Origin: a virus
Lineage: Duplodnaviria > Caudoviricetes
DNA: 35,957 bases
Direction: 5' to 3' (one strand)
IMG/VR virus record: IMGVR_UViG_3300025388_000010
Span: 1 to 35,957 of that record
Shown: in pieces, positions 1 through 9,653 of the stretch
Layout: each line of letters opens with the position of its first letter
Position numbering within the stretch: the first letter of the stretch is position 1
The notes under the pieces: model-generated
What the model was told of the DNA's origin: nothing
Seen by the model: only the letters and a program-made list of their open reading frames with translations
Database searches by the model: none
Made by a program: the position numbers and the translations under genes

Positions 1-198
1 CATTTTGGCGTCTCATACGCTGGCAGCAAGATCACCGCCGACGCCATCCTCGCCGCGATCCGTGAGCACATGACCAGCGACGAGGTGATCCACAACATTG
101 GGTCGGACTTGGAGTTGAACGGCGCGTGGCACATCCCGCACGGCGCTGCTGCGGCGCTGAAAAACGCCGTCCTCGCCGCCCTTGGAGGTGAGCCGTGA
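1..198 (+). CDS. partial hypothetical protein (5' end outside the window or across a circular junction)
   Basis: Frame 1 is open from base 1 (HFGVSYAGSK...LAALGGEP) to TGA at 196-198, overlapping the GTG at 195 (GTGA coupling). Confidence 0.65.
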   Translation, partial: HFGVSYAGSKITADAILAAIREHMTSDEVIHNIGSDLELNGAWHIPHGAAAALKNAVLAALGGEP

Positions 199-470
199 GC
201 GACCTGGATGCTCTGAAAATGGAAGTGGACCGGCTCAAGAAGGGATTGGACCGGGCTCGGGCCTATATCGAAACGCTGGAAAAGGCGATCGAGGAGTTGA
301 CCAGTGGACAGCGACAAACGGCAGAAATTGTTAGACTTGAAGCGCCAGATCGCCGCGATCCAGTCCGAGGATCGCAAAGCAGCGAAAAAGCGCGACCGCG
401 AGAGGAAAGCGAAGATGCAATCCTCTCTTTCCCGGTCAGAAGGCCAACGGAACCCCCGAGAAAAGGATAG
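195..470 (+). CDS. hypothetical coiled-coil protein
   Basis: GGAGGT SD, GTGA overlap with the upstream stop, heptad-like N-terminus; its 3' half overlaps 304..759 in another frame. Confidence 0.5.
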   Translation: MSDLDALKMEVDRLKKGLDRARAYIETLEKAIEELTSGQRQTAEIVRLEAPDRRDPVRGSQSSEKARPREESEDAILSFPVRRPTEPPRKG

Positions 471-759
471 CGCCTACCTCAACTGGATCAGGACACTGCC
501 CTGCACAGCTTGTGGAAAGGCGGGTCCAAGTCAGGCGGCACATATCCGATCGGGTTATGACGAACCCGGTTGGCGTCCGACGGGCATGGCAGAAAAGCCC
601 TCAGATTGGCGTACAGCCCCTTTGTGCCGGGATTGCCACTTGGATGGCCCCAAGGCTCAACACCGCCATAACGAACGATCCTGGTGGAATGGACTGGGTA
701 TCTACCCCCCCACCCTCTGCGCCCAACTCAGGGCAGCATACGGAGAAGATGATGATTGA
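304..759 (+). CDS. DUF968/Ref-like HNH-type zinc-binding nuclease
   Basis: YLNWIRTLPCTACG...AAHIR...KPSDWRTAPLCRDCH...QH motif pattern; GAGGAG SD. Confidence 0.75.
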   Translation: MDSDKRQKLLDLKRQIAAIQSEDRKAAKKRDRERKAKMQSSLSRSEGQRNPREKDSAYLNWIRTLPCTACGKAGPSQAAHIRSGYDEPGWRPTGMAEKPSDWRTAPLCRDCHLDGPKAQHRHNERSWWNGLGIYPPTLCAQLRAAYGEDDD

Positions 760-1093
760 CGAAACTGAAGACCTTTTTGCTTGGGCCGCGTATCGCCGTG
801 ATGGTCCGGAAACCTCCAGGCTAGCCGCCGAGAGCATGACAGAAGACACGCTCTCCAAACTTCAATCACTGGCATATCTGACGATCAAGCAAACCCCCGA
901 GGGACTTACCGCCCATGACCTCGCCCGCGTAACCGGGGTGGAGCATGAAACGATCGGCCCAAGGCTGCGCCCCTTGGCTCGGGCGGGCCTGATCCATGAA
1001 AGCGACGAAAGGCGCGTCCCCCTTGGGAGGAAGCGCGTCGGTATCGTCTGGAAGGTTGGACCGAAGCCCGAAGATCAGGACGCGGGCGTCTGA
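752..1093 (+). CDS. winged-helix DNA-binding protein
   Basis: RRDGPETSRLAAE...GLTAHDLARVTGVEHETIGPRLRPLARAGLI...IVW; GGAG SD at 742; start trimmed from ORF 512..1093. Confidence 0.7.
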   Translation: MIDETEDLFAWAAYRRDGPETSRLAAESMTEDTLSKLQSLAYLTIKQTPEGLTAHDLARVTGVEHETIGPRLRPLARAGLIHESDERRVPLGRKRVGIVWKVGPKPEDQDAGV

Positions 1094-1413
1094 TCCGCAG
1101 ACGTTGCGCTCGGCAAGCCAATGGAGGCCACCTTGTTTTGCGTCTCTGGGGTCAGTTGCTGGTGCGCTGCTTCAATCAGGGAAACCAGAAGCAGATCCGC
1201 AGCGGCGGTTCCAGCCTGACCCACATGCGGGGCAAGGTAGGAATTGACCGCACTGATGCCCAGTTGGCCAAGCGTCTGGCCGAGTTGTGCACCGGCTTGG
1301 TTCAGATTGTTCAGCGCCGGGGCGATCGGGCTGTTGGGGTTATGGTTGACGGCGGCGGGGTTGCCGATGATGCCATTCAGAAGCGAATGGAAAAACTGCG
1401 AGGTCCAGGACAT
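1075..1413 (-). CDS. hypothetical protein downstream of the endolysin (lysis accessory candidate)
   Basis: TAAGGA SD before ATG 1413; last gene of the late operon; amphipathic Ala/Leu-rich helices. Confidence 0.6.
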   Translation of the reverse strand: MSWTSQFFHSLLNGIIGNPAAVNHNPNSPIAPALNNLNQAGAQLGQTLGQLGISAVNSYLAPHVGQAGTAAADLLLVSLIEAAHQQLTPETQNKVASIGLPSATSADQTPAS

Positions 1414-1423
1414 GAGAAATTCC

Positions 1424-1897
1424 TTAGTGAGAGTTAGGCGGAACAGACTTACAGAGGCTATCGCTACCATTCCAAAGAGCGCATTCAGCTTTGCGTCGAT
1501 TTTGTAGACCAGGGTCAAAAGCTCCTGCGGCATGGTTATACCTTTCGAGGTGGCTTGGTACGTCGGCCAAGCGACCGCTCTTGATACAGCTCCAGATCGG
1601 CCATTGCGCCTTTGCGCCGCAGTTGAAGACGAACGAGAGTAACGCTGCATATTGGCACTCTGTGAGAGTGTCCACGACCTTTGGGCCGAGGACATTGTTG
1701 AGCCGCGTCCGTGCAAGTTCCATATCCATCCGCAGATGTGCATCAACCTGTGTATCATTCCACGTTGTAGATGGCGTGACGCCCGTGGTCGATCCCACCC
1801 CACAGGTCCAAATGCCCTTTATGTCGCGGTAGGCGGTGTACCGCACACCTTCCTCTCGGCGCAGGAAGGCAATCAGGATGTCGGGGATGGGCCTCAA
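1424..1897 (-). CDS. endolysin, GH24 phage lysozyme
   Basis: EEGVRYTAYRDIKGIWTCGVG (E-x8-D-x5-T triad), QYAALLSFVFNCG, GLQNRRKAECALW. Confidence 0.92.
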   Translation of the reverse strand: MRPIPDILIAFLRREEGVRYTAYRDIKGIWTCGVGSTTGVTPSTTWNDTQVDAHLRMDMELARTRLNNVLGPKVVDTLTECQYAALLSFVFNCGAKAQWPIWSCIKSGRLADVPSHLERYNHAAGAFDPGLQNRRKAECALWNGSDSLCKSVPPNSH

Positions 1898-2811
1898 GAC
1901 TTAATACACCACACCATCGCCACGTTCACCGGGCGGGTTTCATTGGCAATCGCCGGTGCGCCATAGGTGCCAGAGGTCACTGGAGCCGAGGTCACGGGTT
2001 GTGTCCCAGACGCATTCGTCGGGTTCTGATAAACAGCGTTATCGCCGCCAGAGGCAAAGCCCGCATAGACGCCCCCATTGTTCACGGTGGTGACACCGAA
2101 GTTATGCGCGTGACCCTGCATGGCAAAGCCTTGGGACGTGCCGATCGCTCGACCCGGGTCCACATTTGCCCCGAGGTCAGCGCCACGGACAAACTGCCCA
2201 CGGCAGTCCGGAAGGTTGAACGTGGTGGTTCCATCACCGGCCCCCCAGGTGGTGCCGATCACGTTGAACAGTCGTGCGAACGTGGTCCGAGAGACCGCCG
2301 AGCCGTCGCAGACCAGCCAGCCGGTGGGTGCAGACGCCATTGCAAACGGAACCACCATGCCAGCCGGAAGGAAGGACGCGTTGCCGATCGCCGTGGTGAC
2401 AAACTGGGTCGTGGCAATCTTGCCCGAGCTGTCATTGGCTGCGGGAGTAGGGGCCTGGGGAACGCCAGTGAACGTCGGGGAGTTGATCGGCGCAAACCCG
2501 GTCACCGTTTGCGGAGCACCCACCAGCCAGACGTTGAGGTAGGTGAACACCTCTCCGGTGGTCAGGGACAGGACGCAGTCGTACGCGATCGACACATCGG
2601 CCCATATTTCCGTGGTCTGCGCATAGAAGCGGCCAGCGGCGTTGGACGTTTGCGGATTGGTAATCGGCGTGGACAGGGCCGCGTCGGCGTAGATCGAGGC
2701 GAGGGTGGTGGTGCCGGTGTTGTAGACGGTCAGCGTCGCCCCGGAGTTCGGGACGCCAGCCGCCGTCAGTGTCGGTTCGGAAAGCGGGAGGATGAGGCGA
2801 CCGGATGCCAT
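1894..2811 (-). CDS. tail fibre with P22-like head-binding N-terminus and tail collar domain
   Basis: GATLTVYNTGTTTLASIYADAALSTPITNP N-terminus; collar motif PAGMVVPFAMASAPTGWLVCDGSAVSRTTFARLF...FNLPDCRGQFVRG; C-terminal ETRPVNVAMVWCIK. Confidence 0.88.
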   Translation of the reverse strand: MASGRLILPLSEPTLTAAGVPNSGATLTVYNTGTTTLASIYADAALSTPITNPQTSNAAGRFYAQTTEIWADVSIAYDCVLSLTTGEVFTYLNVWLVGAPQTVTGFAPINSPTFTGVPQAPTPAANDSSGKIATTQFVTTAIGNASFLPAGMVVPFAMASAPTGWLVCDGSAVSRTTFARLFNVIGTTWGAGDGTTTFNLPDCRGQFVRGADLGANVDPGRAIGTSQGFAMQGHAHNFGVTTVNNGGVYAGFASGGDNAVYQNPTNASGTQPVTSAPVTSGTYGAPAIANETRPVNVAMVWCIKS

Positions 2812-2815
2812 GTTC

Positions 2816-5800
2816 TTATCTCACGTTTGAGCCGACAACCGGCGCGGGACCGGGCGCTGCGAAAACCTGGTTGGTTCTGGGATCGAACGCCCAGTGATAT
2901 CTGCCACCAACCGGGATTGCAGAGGGTTGTTGTTTTCTTCCAATGCTCATGCCAGCGGCTTGACCGCCCACCGCACCGGCAAGCGCAGATTGCGCGGGAC
3001 GAATGATATTGGAGAGCGTGGTCCTCTGAGCATTGGCAGCGTTGAGGTCCTTGGCCCTCGCCTCCAGTTCGGCAGCCATCTGCTCCTTCGGAAGCGCAAG
3101 AACTTCGGCCAAGGCATTAGCGGTGCCAGGCGTGGTGTTCTGTCCCATGCCGCGTTTGATCCAGGCCGGGAAACCCTCAAGGCTTACGACTTGGTTTTTC
3201 TGATCCCTGACAAGGCCGGTCACGTTCTGCTTTTGCGTGTCCTTCAAGGACTGCTCCGCTTTCAGCGATTGAACGGCCTGTTCGTTGCCTTCCGGACCCG
3301 AGATCAGTTCGCGAACGGCGTTGTGATAGGGGCTGGACGCAATCTTGCCAAAGTTCAGCTTGCCTTGTTCAAGGGCTTGCCCGTGAGCCCCCGCATACCC
3401 CTCAATGAAGGCTCGGCGATCGCTCTCGTCGGTGTCCGGATCTTCCCACATCTTTTTAAGTTGCTGGAAGTCGTCGCTGGAGCGACCGGGATTGGCCGCG
3501 TCCTTACCCATACTGAACCAATCGGCGTTTGACTTCTTGTCCGCCGAAAGCGAACGCGCCTCCGCAAACCCCGGTATGGCCTCATCCAGGTGAGACAGGA
3601 TGTTGCCCATGGTGCGAGAGGCTTGCAGGGCTGCTTGAGGGTTAGATCCACCCCTTTGCAAGGCACGGTAATTGTTAACCGCCTCCAGAAGCGTGTCGGT
3701 CGTCGGGATGTATTTGGGCTGCTTGATGTCGGGGTTGAGGAAGTCGTCGGCTTGTTTTTCGACGTTCTGCCGTTCGGCCTTCTCCGCAGTTACCTGTTCC
3801 TCCGGAAGACGCTCCATGTGCGTGATATCGCCGGTCCGCAAAAACTCGGCCAGATCCGCAGCGCTGAAATCGTGGTGCGTCAGGCCCAGTGTCTGGGTCA
3901 GCTCGTTGTTGATCTGATCGTGTGCGGCATCGACCTGACGCCGCTTTTCCATGGCGTCCTGATTTTCCCGCGTTGCCGGATAGTTCTCCTTCGATGACGG
4001 GTCGTTCAAATGCTGAATAAGGTCATTATCATCCTCAAACGGCCTTCCGTCAGGCCGCGTGTAGCCAGCATCGTTCACTCTTTCCACCATGCGGTCACCC
4101 GACACGGCGTACTTTCCCGTGGGCCTTGAGAGGCCTGGAATGTCCACGATCTCGCCGCCAGCGTCCCGGATGCCGCCCTGTTGGTTCACAAACGTCCGGA
4201 CGCTTGCACCGTTCATGCGGGGTTTTGCATCGGTCTTCACATATGCTGCAAGTTCGTCTGCCCAATCCTTTGCCTTGGTCGGCTTTGCGGCTGGCGCGGC
4301 CCCTTCCGACGGAGCCTCTTCCGGAGTTTCTTCCGGTTCGACATAATCAGGATTGCGAACCCACCCGACGTTTTCAAGAGTTGGGTGCTGCCCCAGAATA
4401 GTTCTGGCGGCTTCCACAACGGCATCTCGCCAAGCGGGAAGGACCGCCATGGCTTTGCGGAGCATGGGCGTATTGACCCCGCGACCATCCTTGAGTTCGT
4501 CGTAGGCTTGCCGAACCTTTTCCTGTTGAGCCTCTTGGTAGTCGTCGAAGTTCGTATTGGCCTTCGTTACGTCAGTCCCGAGGCCCGCCGACAACCCAGA
4601 GGCAACGCGCTGCGAGGGCGCATTCGTGTCTTGTCCCTCATAGGCTTGGCGAACCGTGGGCTCCACCAGCGCCCCGGTCTTGGATGCTTCGCGCAGGATC
4701 TTCGGAGCACCTGGAACAACGTCCGCTGCAATCGCGCCAGCGGGGCCGGATCGAACCTGTTCCGGTGTGACGCCTTGCGCGATCAATTCATCATAGGCTT
4801 GAAGTCGATTGCGAGGGGTCGGCGTAGCGTTCGGCGGTTCAGTCGGATGCACGGCCCCGCCAAGACCGCCAGCTACCGCGCCGCCGAGCGCCCCGGTTGC
4901 CCCAGCCTCCAAAGCTAGTTTGGGGTTCCCGGTGCGGAACAAGGTCAACCCGCCAGTTCCGAGACCCGTCGTCAAAGCACCGGCTATTGCGTGAGAGGTT
5001 GCCGTTGCGGCGCGTTGCCCCAAGGTGCTTTCCGCGGCGGGAAGCAAAGGATTAACAACACCGGAAACCGCATTCGCGATGGGCCTGGTGACCGCTCCCG
5101 TCACGCCACCAAACGCGCCACCAGCAACCGCAGATCCAGCGATATCTTCCGGGCTCTCTCCCCGAGATGCAGCCTCGCCCGCGCCTTGCGCCGCACCAGC
5201 CGCATCGCCGCCCAAAAAGGATTGTCCCAGTTTGCCCAGCGTCGTCGTGGGGGCCTTGATCCAGCCAGCAGCATAACCTGGAAGCTCCAGAGCGCCGCGC
5301 TCTGCCAACATACCCAATTTCGCCGGTCCACCTGCAATCGCACCCAGCGTAGACCCAACAATGTTTTGAAACGGATGCCCTTGCCCAAACCTTTCAAGGC
5401 GAGCCTGTTCCAAGGCCAGTTCAGCATTATAAGCCTCACCCATGCCATAGCCGGTCGGCTTTCCGATACCGAGGCCCGCGAGCAAATTTTGGCCTCCGGT
5501 CAAAAGCGCCTCTGTCCCGCCCGCGACTACCGGCTGCAACCCAAACATGGCCGAATTGGTAACTACATCGCTAAGGCCAACCGGGGCATATCGTTCCGAC
5601 CGATTGGCCATCTCGCCAATTTTCAGGTTGGCAAGGGCCTGTTCGGGCGTGATTTGAACGGTTCCGGCGGGAGGCTTTCCACCAGCGCCTTGCTGGCCAA
5701 GCAATTCCTCGGCGCTCGGCATTCCGTCTTCGGGCGTTGCAGCAGCCGGATTTTGCGCGTGAGCCAAAAGATCTTCGGCAGACGGCATTGGCGCTTCTGG

Positions 5801-6253
5801 CGTTGCAGATGCAGAAGCCGTAGCGGGGGCCTCACCCGTATATGTGCCGCCGTAATAAAGGTGCTTGCCGATCCGGTAGCCGTCGCCCACCGCAAAATCT
5901 GGAACAGCCTTGTACTGACCAGGGTTGGTCTTGTGGAGTTCAGCTTGGAGATCGGGATTGTAATAGAACTGAGCGCCGCCGGTCGGGTCTTCCGACTTGC
6001 CGGTGAAGGCATCTTGAGCGGCGGCATAAGCTCTCCGATAGGCGGGGCTTTTGGGATCCACCGAACCCGCGTTTGCCCAACCCGTAAACTGATTGGGGGC
6101 AGACACGACCTGATGAGGGGTCAACCCGCTGGAGAGAACACGGTTGTTAATGACGTGCGCGATCGCGTCCGGATTGCCCGCATCTTCAGTGACAATCGTC
6201 CTGGCAACGCTATCCAGATCCTGGGGGGTAAAGTCCGTTGCGTCAGCCATCAT
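2816..6253 (-). CDS. large ejection (internal virion) protein with N-terminal SleB/Hydrolase_2 cell-wall hydrolase domain
   Basis: ARTIVTE...HVINNRV...VVSAPNQF...DPTGGAQFYYNP...IGKHLYY; Gly/Ala-rich hydrophobic middle; position of P22 gp16. Confidence 0.8.
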   Translation of the reverse strand: MMADATDFTPQDLDSVARTIVTEDAGNPDAIAHVINNRVLSSGLTPHQVVSAPNQFTGWANAGSVDPKSPAYRRAYAAAQDAFTGKSEDPTGGAQFYYNPDLQAELHKTNPGQYKAVPDFAVGDGYRIGKHLYYGGTYTGEAPATASASATPEAPMPSAEDLLAHAQNPAAATPEDGMPSAEELLGQQGAGGKPPAGTVQITPEQALANLKIGEMANRSERYAPVGLSDVVTNSAMFGLQPVVAGGTEALLTGGQNLLAGLGIGKPTGYGMGEAYNAELALEQARLERFGQGHPFQNIVGSTLGAIAGGPAKLGMLAERGALELPGYAAGWIKAPTTTLGKLGQSFLGGDAAGAAQGAGEAASRGESPEDIAGSAVAGGAFGGVTGAVTRPIANAVSGVVNPLLPAAESTLGQRAATATSHAIAGALTTGLGTGGLTLFRTGNPKLALEAGATGALGGAVAGGLGGAVHPTEPPNATPTPRNRLQAYDELIAQGVTPEQVRSGPAGAIAADVVPGAPKILREASKTGALVEPTVRQAYEGQDTNAPSQRVASGLSAGLGTDVTKANTNFDDYQEAQQEKVRQAYDELKDGRGVNTPMLRKAMAVLPAWRDAVVEAARTILGQHPTLENVGWVRNPDYVEPEETPEEAPSEGAAPAAKPTKAKDWADELAAYVKTDAKPRMNGASVRTFVNQQGGIRDAGGEIVDIPGLSRPTGKYAVSGDRMVERVNDAGYTRPDGRPFEDDNDLIQHLNDPSSKENYPATRENQDAMEKRRQVDAAHDQINNELTQTLGLTHHDFSAADLAEFLRTGDITHMERLPEEQVTAEKAERQNVEKQADDFLNPDIKQPKYIPTTDTLLEAVNNYRALQRGGSNPQAALQASRTMGNILSHLDEAIPGFAEARSLSADKKSNADWFSMGKDAANPGRSSDDFQQLKKMWEDPDTDESDRRAFIEGYAGAHGQALEQGKLNFGKIASSPYHNAVRELISGPEGNEQAVQSLKAEQSLKDTQKQNVTGLVRDQKNQVVSLEGFPAWIKRGMGQNTTPGTANALAEVLALPKEQMAAELEARAKDLNAANAQRTTLSNIIRPAQSALAGAVGGQAAGMSIGRKQQPSAIPVGGRYHWAFDPRTNQVFAAPGPAPVVGSNVR

Positions 6254-8088
6254 TTGATCCGTATGACGATCTGATTGCCTTTAGGAAGACCTTGGCCCCA
6301 GACAACGTAAGTGTGGCCATCCTTATGGGTAACCGGAGCCGTCAAGGCGGGTGCGGGGGTTTTGCCATCCGGCATGGTGCCAAGATTGACGTTTTCCCAA
6401 ACCTTGGATCCGGCGATGCCGCGCTTGTAAGCTTCCGTGTTTTGCCAGGCAGTGGCGAGCGCGGCGGGTGTTTTCACGGATTTCGGGTCGGCGTCGTAGG
6501 CTTGAGTAAATCTGTTGAAGGCGTCTTCCAGATCGGCGGTCGCCTTGATCTTTGCTCCCGTGGACTTGATGACGTCTGGTTGGCTGTTAAGGGTGGAAAC
6601 CGCGTTGGTAATCTGACCAAACTCGGCTTGGTTCCGGACCACGGACGCTCCAACCCCTTTGAGCGCCCCAGTTTTTCCAAGCGAAAGGTCTTGATCCAGC
6701 AGTTGCGCGTTATTGACATAATCCGAGACTTTTCTTCCCGCACCTGAAAATGGCGACAAGATAGCAGCGGTTTTGCCCGTCAAAGGACCGGAGCTTTGTG
6801 CACTTTCAGACATGATGCGAGATCCAAGGTCCTGCATTTGCCTGATTTGATTAATGCGATCAGAGGCATTCGCAGAGCTAACCGTTCCAGAATAATCTGT
6901 GGCTTGCTTCTCCATGATTTTTTGTTCGGCAACGCCCGGGCCTTGGGCACCTCCGCCGCTCTCAAGGAAGCCAAGTTTGGGCACAACTTTCTTCCCGCCG
7001 CCGGGGGTGGGAAGCTCAATCGTTTCTCCAGCCGCTCGGCCAAGTGCAGTTGCAGTTTCTTTGGCCCTGGTCGGTTCGGTCAAAGACCAACCCAGCTTGT
7101 CCTTGACCGCCTGAGGGGCGCTCACAAACCGCCGATAGTCCGGTCCTGAAAGCGTGATCGGTTTATCCTCTTGGTCATAAACCGTGCCGCCCTTGACGTC
7201 TTGTTCGCCAGAAAGTTCCGCCTGTTTGACGAGACCGGCCTTGGCAACCTCCGTCGGAAGAAGACCTTGAGCCTGTGCAACGGCTTGAGCGGTTTTGATC
7301 GGGGCGGTGGCGCTTTCGGTCAGCGCGGCTTGTGCGGGTGCGGCTCCGAATTGCGCCGCCCTCTCAAACGCTTGCGCCAGCTCCGGAACGCCGCTCAATG
7401 CGCTTCCCATCAAGATAGGAGCTACTCCGCCTCCGGAAATAAACTGACGCGCTCGTTCTGATCGGTTCAAGGCGGCGTTTGTCGCACCATAGGTATTTTG
7501 TTGTGGCGCGGGGGCTTGACCAGATGACGCATTGTAAGCCGCCAGGTGCTTGTCATGCACCTGTTCAAGGTGCGGCACAGACAGATCTCCCAAGTCCGCC
7601 TTGATGGCATCTTCCGGCAAACCCATGGCCTTGTACCGCGCCGCCGCGTCATCAGCGATCGACTGCTTCTCCACGGGGTCGTTCGTCGCAAGCAATTTTT
7701 GCGCCGTGGCAACAGCATCCGCGTGAAAATCGGCCAGTTTCGGATTAGCCTCCGGGTTCGGCTGTTGCGGTTGCTGCGACTGTTGCGGCTGCTCGCCACC
7801 ACCCATAAGGTAGGCTTGAGCGGCAGCGATCTGTTGCGGCAATTTTTGCAGGGCCTCAACCTTGTAACGAGTGAAGGCAAGGTTCTGCAAAGCCGTGGCT
7901 TGGTCGATGGCTCCTGCACGGATAGAGCCCTGAAGGGCTTTGTTCATGCTATCGGGGTCGTTGAGGTCAATGCCCTGCAAGGCCCGCAGACCGCCTTGAG
8001 CGGCTTGTTGCTCAAAACCCTTTTGAATGGACCCGGCATAATCGGGCGTCGTCAGGCCGAACGGTTGAATTGTGATGCTGTCGGACAT
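6250..8088 (-). CDS. ejection/DNA transfer protein (P22 gp20 position)
   Basis: 612 aa Ala/Gln-rich helical protein lying between the pilot and the large ejection genes. Confidence 0.65.
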   Translation of the reverse strand: MSDSITIQPFGLTTPDYAGSIQKGFEQQAAQGGLRALQGIDLNDPDSMNKALQGSIRAGAIDQATALQNLAFTRYKVEALQKLPQQIAAAQAYLMGGGEQPQQSQQPQQPNPEANPKLADFHADAVATAQKLLATNDPVEKQSIADDAAARYKAMGLPEDAIKADLGDLSVPHLEQVHDKHLAAYNASSGQAPAPQQNTYGATNAALNRSERARQFISGGGVAPILMGSALSGVPELAQAFERAAQFGAAPAQAALTESATAPIKTAQAVAQAQGLLPTEVAKAGLVKQAELSGEQDVKGGTVYDQEDKPITLSGPDYRRFVSAPQAVKDKLGWSLTEPTRAKETATALGRAAGETIELPTPGGGKKVVPKLGFLESGGGAQGPGVAEQKIMEKQATDYSGTVSSANASDRINQIRQMQDLGSRIMSESAQSSGPLTGKTAAILSPFSGAGRKVSDYVNNAQLLDQDLSLGKTGALKGVGASVVRNQAEFGQITNAVSTLNSQPDVIKSTGAKIKATADLEDAFNRFTQAYDADPKSVKTPAALATAWQNTEAYKRGIAGSKVWENVNLGTMPDGKTPAPALTAPVTHKDGHTYVVWGQGLPKGNQIVIRIK

Positions 8089-8093
8089 TGGCC

Positions 8094-8879
8094 TTAACCA
8101 GCTAGCTGAGCGGTCATGAAGTTCATGTTTTGCGCCGGAACAAAGCCGCTTGTGTCAAATGATGAGGGTGCAACGGTCTGGTTGTAAGCCCCCGTATTAA
8201 CGGCGTTTGAATTTGGCTGTATAACTCCACCTTTTCCAAACCCGCCGACAAACGAAGACAAACCTGGGGCAATGGCTTGGCCGACCCCATTGATCGCTCC
8301 AGTAAGCGCGTTGGCATTGGCAATGGCGGCAGATCCGGCCATGCCCGCCGCATTGTTGCGGAAGCCGCCGACCTGTTGAACGTAGTTTTGGCCGATCGAA
8401 CCAAGCTGACCGGCACCGCTCAACCCTTGTCCGCTAAGGTTATTCAGTTGCCCCATATACCCAGAGAGCGCGTTACCGGCCATGCCTTGGGCATAGTTGT
8501 TCAAGGCCTTCATGGTAGCCCCGGAGTTGAACGATTGCGCGTTGGCAGACTGAACGCCTTGAAGGCCCTGGTTCAGAAGAAAATTATAATTTGTGGAGTT
8601 GCGGAATTGATCGAAAGCGTTATTTGCCGTTTGCGGGTTCCCGCCAAGCCCGAGAAGACCTAGCGTCTCATTGGTCGCCGTCTGCCCGCCCTGAATGAAC
8701 GGGTTGAAGTTATTCGTGGTCTGACCATAGACCTGATCGGCGGTCGCAATATTTGCAGAAGACGCCCGCTGTGCCGCCTTGTTTGCGGCATCCGCTGCAT
8801 CGCTTTGGGCTATGCCGCCGATAATCGAGGAGCCAGCACTGACGGCGGCAGGAAGGGCGGCGGCGGCTGCGGCTGGCAT
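8094..8879 (-). CDS. DNA transfer/pilot protein (P22 gp7-like)
   Basis: AGSSIIGGIAQSDAA N-terminus; PFIQGG...YNFLLNQG...SGATMKALNNYAQG motif. Confidence 0.75.
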   Translation of the reverse strand: MPAAAAAALPAAVSAGSSIIGGIAQSDAADAANKAAQRASSANIATADQVYGQTTNNFNPFIQGGQTATNETLGLLGLGGNPQTANNAFDQFRNSTNYNFLLNQGLQGVQSANAQSFNSGATMKALNNYAQGMAGNALSGYMGQLNNLSGQGLSGAGQLGSIGQNYVQQVGGFRNNAAGMAGSAAIANANALTGAINGVGQAIAPGLSSFVGGFGKGGVIQPNSNAVNTGAYNQTVAPSSFDTSGFVPAQNMNFMTAQLAG

Positions 8880-8894
8880 GGATCATCCCAATTT

Positions 8895-9653
8895 TCAGGA
8901 GAAAGGGAGGTCTCGCACTTTTAGTGCGTCCATGCGCCCATCGACCAATTGTATCACCGCATCGCCTATATCCACAAGCGGTGGGTTCGCAGAGACGGCA
9001 ATTGCCGACTGATACCCGGCAATTGCCGCCCAGCGGTTATAGAGCGCAATAGCCTTGAGTATGTTGCCACATCTAATCCCCTGGATAGTTGCACCAACCC
9101 AGCGGTCATGGATCTCGTCATCGGCGTGGGAACCGTGGGGGCGTTTTTCTTCCATCATGTCATGGAAGGCTCGGCCCTCTTCCTCCAGACCGGGAGCGCG
9201 GGAAACCCAATCCTCATAGGCAAGGCTCATGAACGAACCGCCAACCAACCGACCGTCCAGACGGAAGAAGGCTTCCCGGCGGAAACTGAACCTGAACCCG
9301 GCGAGTTTTGCCCAACTTGCCGCTTGAAGGGATCCGTCCGGAACGAGCGTCGTTACGGTCAGGCAATCGGTTGCAAGGAACATGAACGCAAAACCTTCGC
9401 GCATTAGGCGAAGCATGGGCTTTCCGCGATCTGCGGGCATGGCAAGAGTGTGGGCCTCATAGAGCCCGTTGCCCTTATTTACCAGAATATAGCCGCCAAG
9501 CCCCCGATCAGTCAGGAAGCAGAAATTTGCAGGGTTTTCGACGACGTTGGAGAGGTCGATCGCATCGCCTTCGGTATAGCCAATCCACGGCCTTACATCA
9601 GGATGGGAGGCTATGCGGTTGAGCTCCGCCGCGTCGAAGGTTCGTCTCATCAA
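8895..9653 (-). CDS. P22 gp14-like GNAT-fold virion assembly protein
   Basis: RIASHPDV...YEAHTLAMPADRG...AKLAGF; syntenic between the tail hub and pilot genes. Confidence 0.65.
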   Translation of the reverse strand: MMRRTFDAAELNRIASHPDVRPWIGYTEGDAIDLSNVVENPANFCFLTDRGLGGYILVNKGNGLYEAHTLAMPADRGKPMLRLMREGFAFMFLATDCLTVTTLVPDGSLQAASWAKLAGFRFSFRREAFFRLDGRLVGGSFMSLAYEDWVSRAPGLEEEGRAFHDMMEEKRPHGSHADDEIHDRWVGATIQGIRCGNILKAIALYNRWAAIAGYQSAIAVSANPPLVDIGDAVIQLVDGRMDALKVRDLPFS

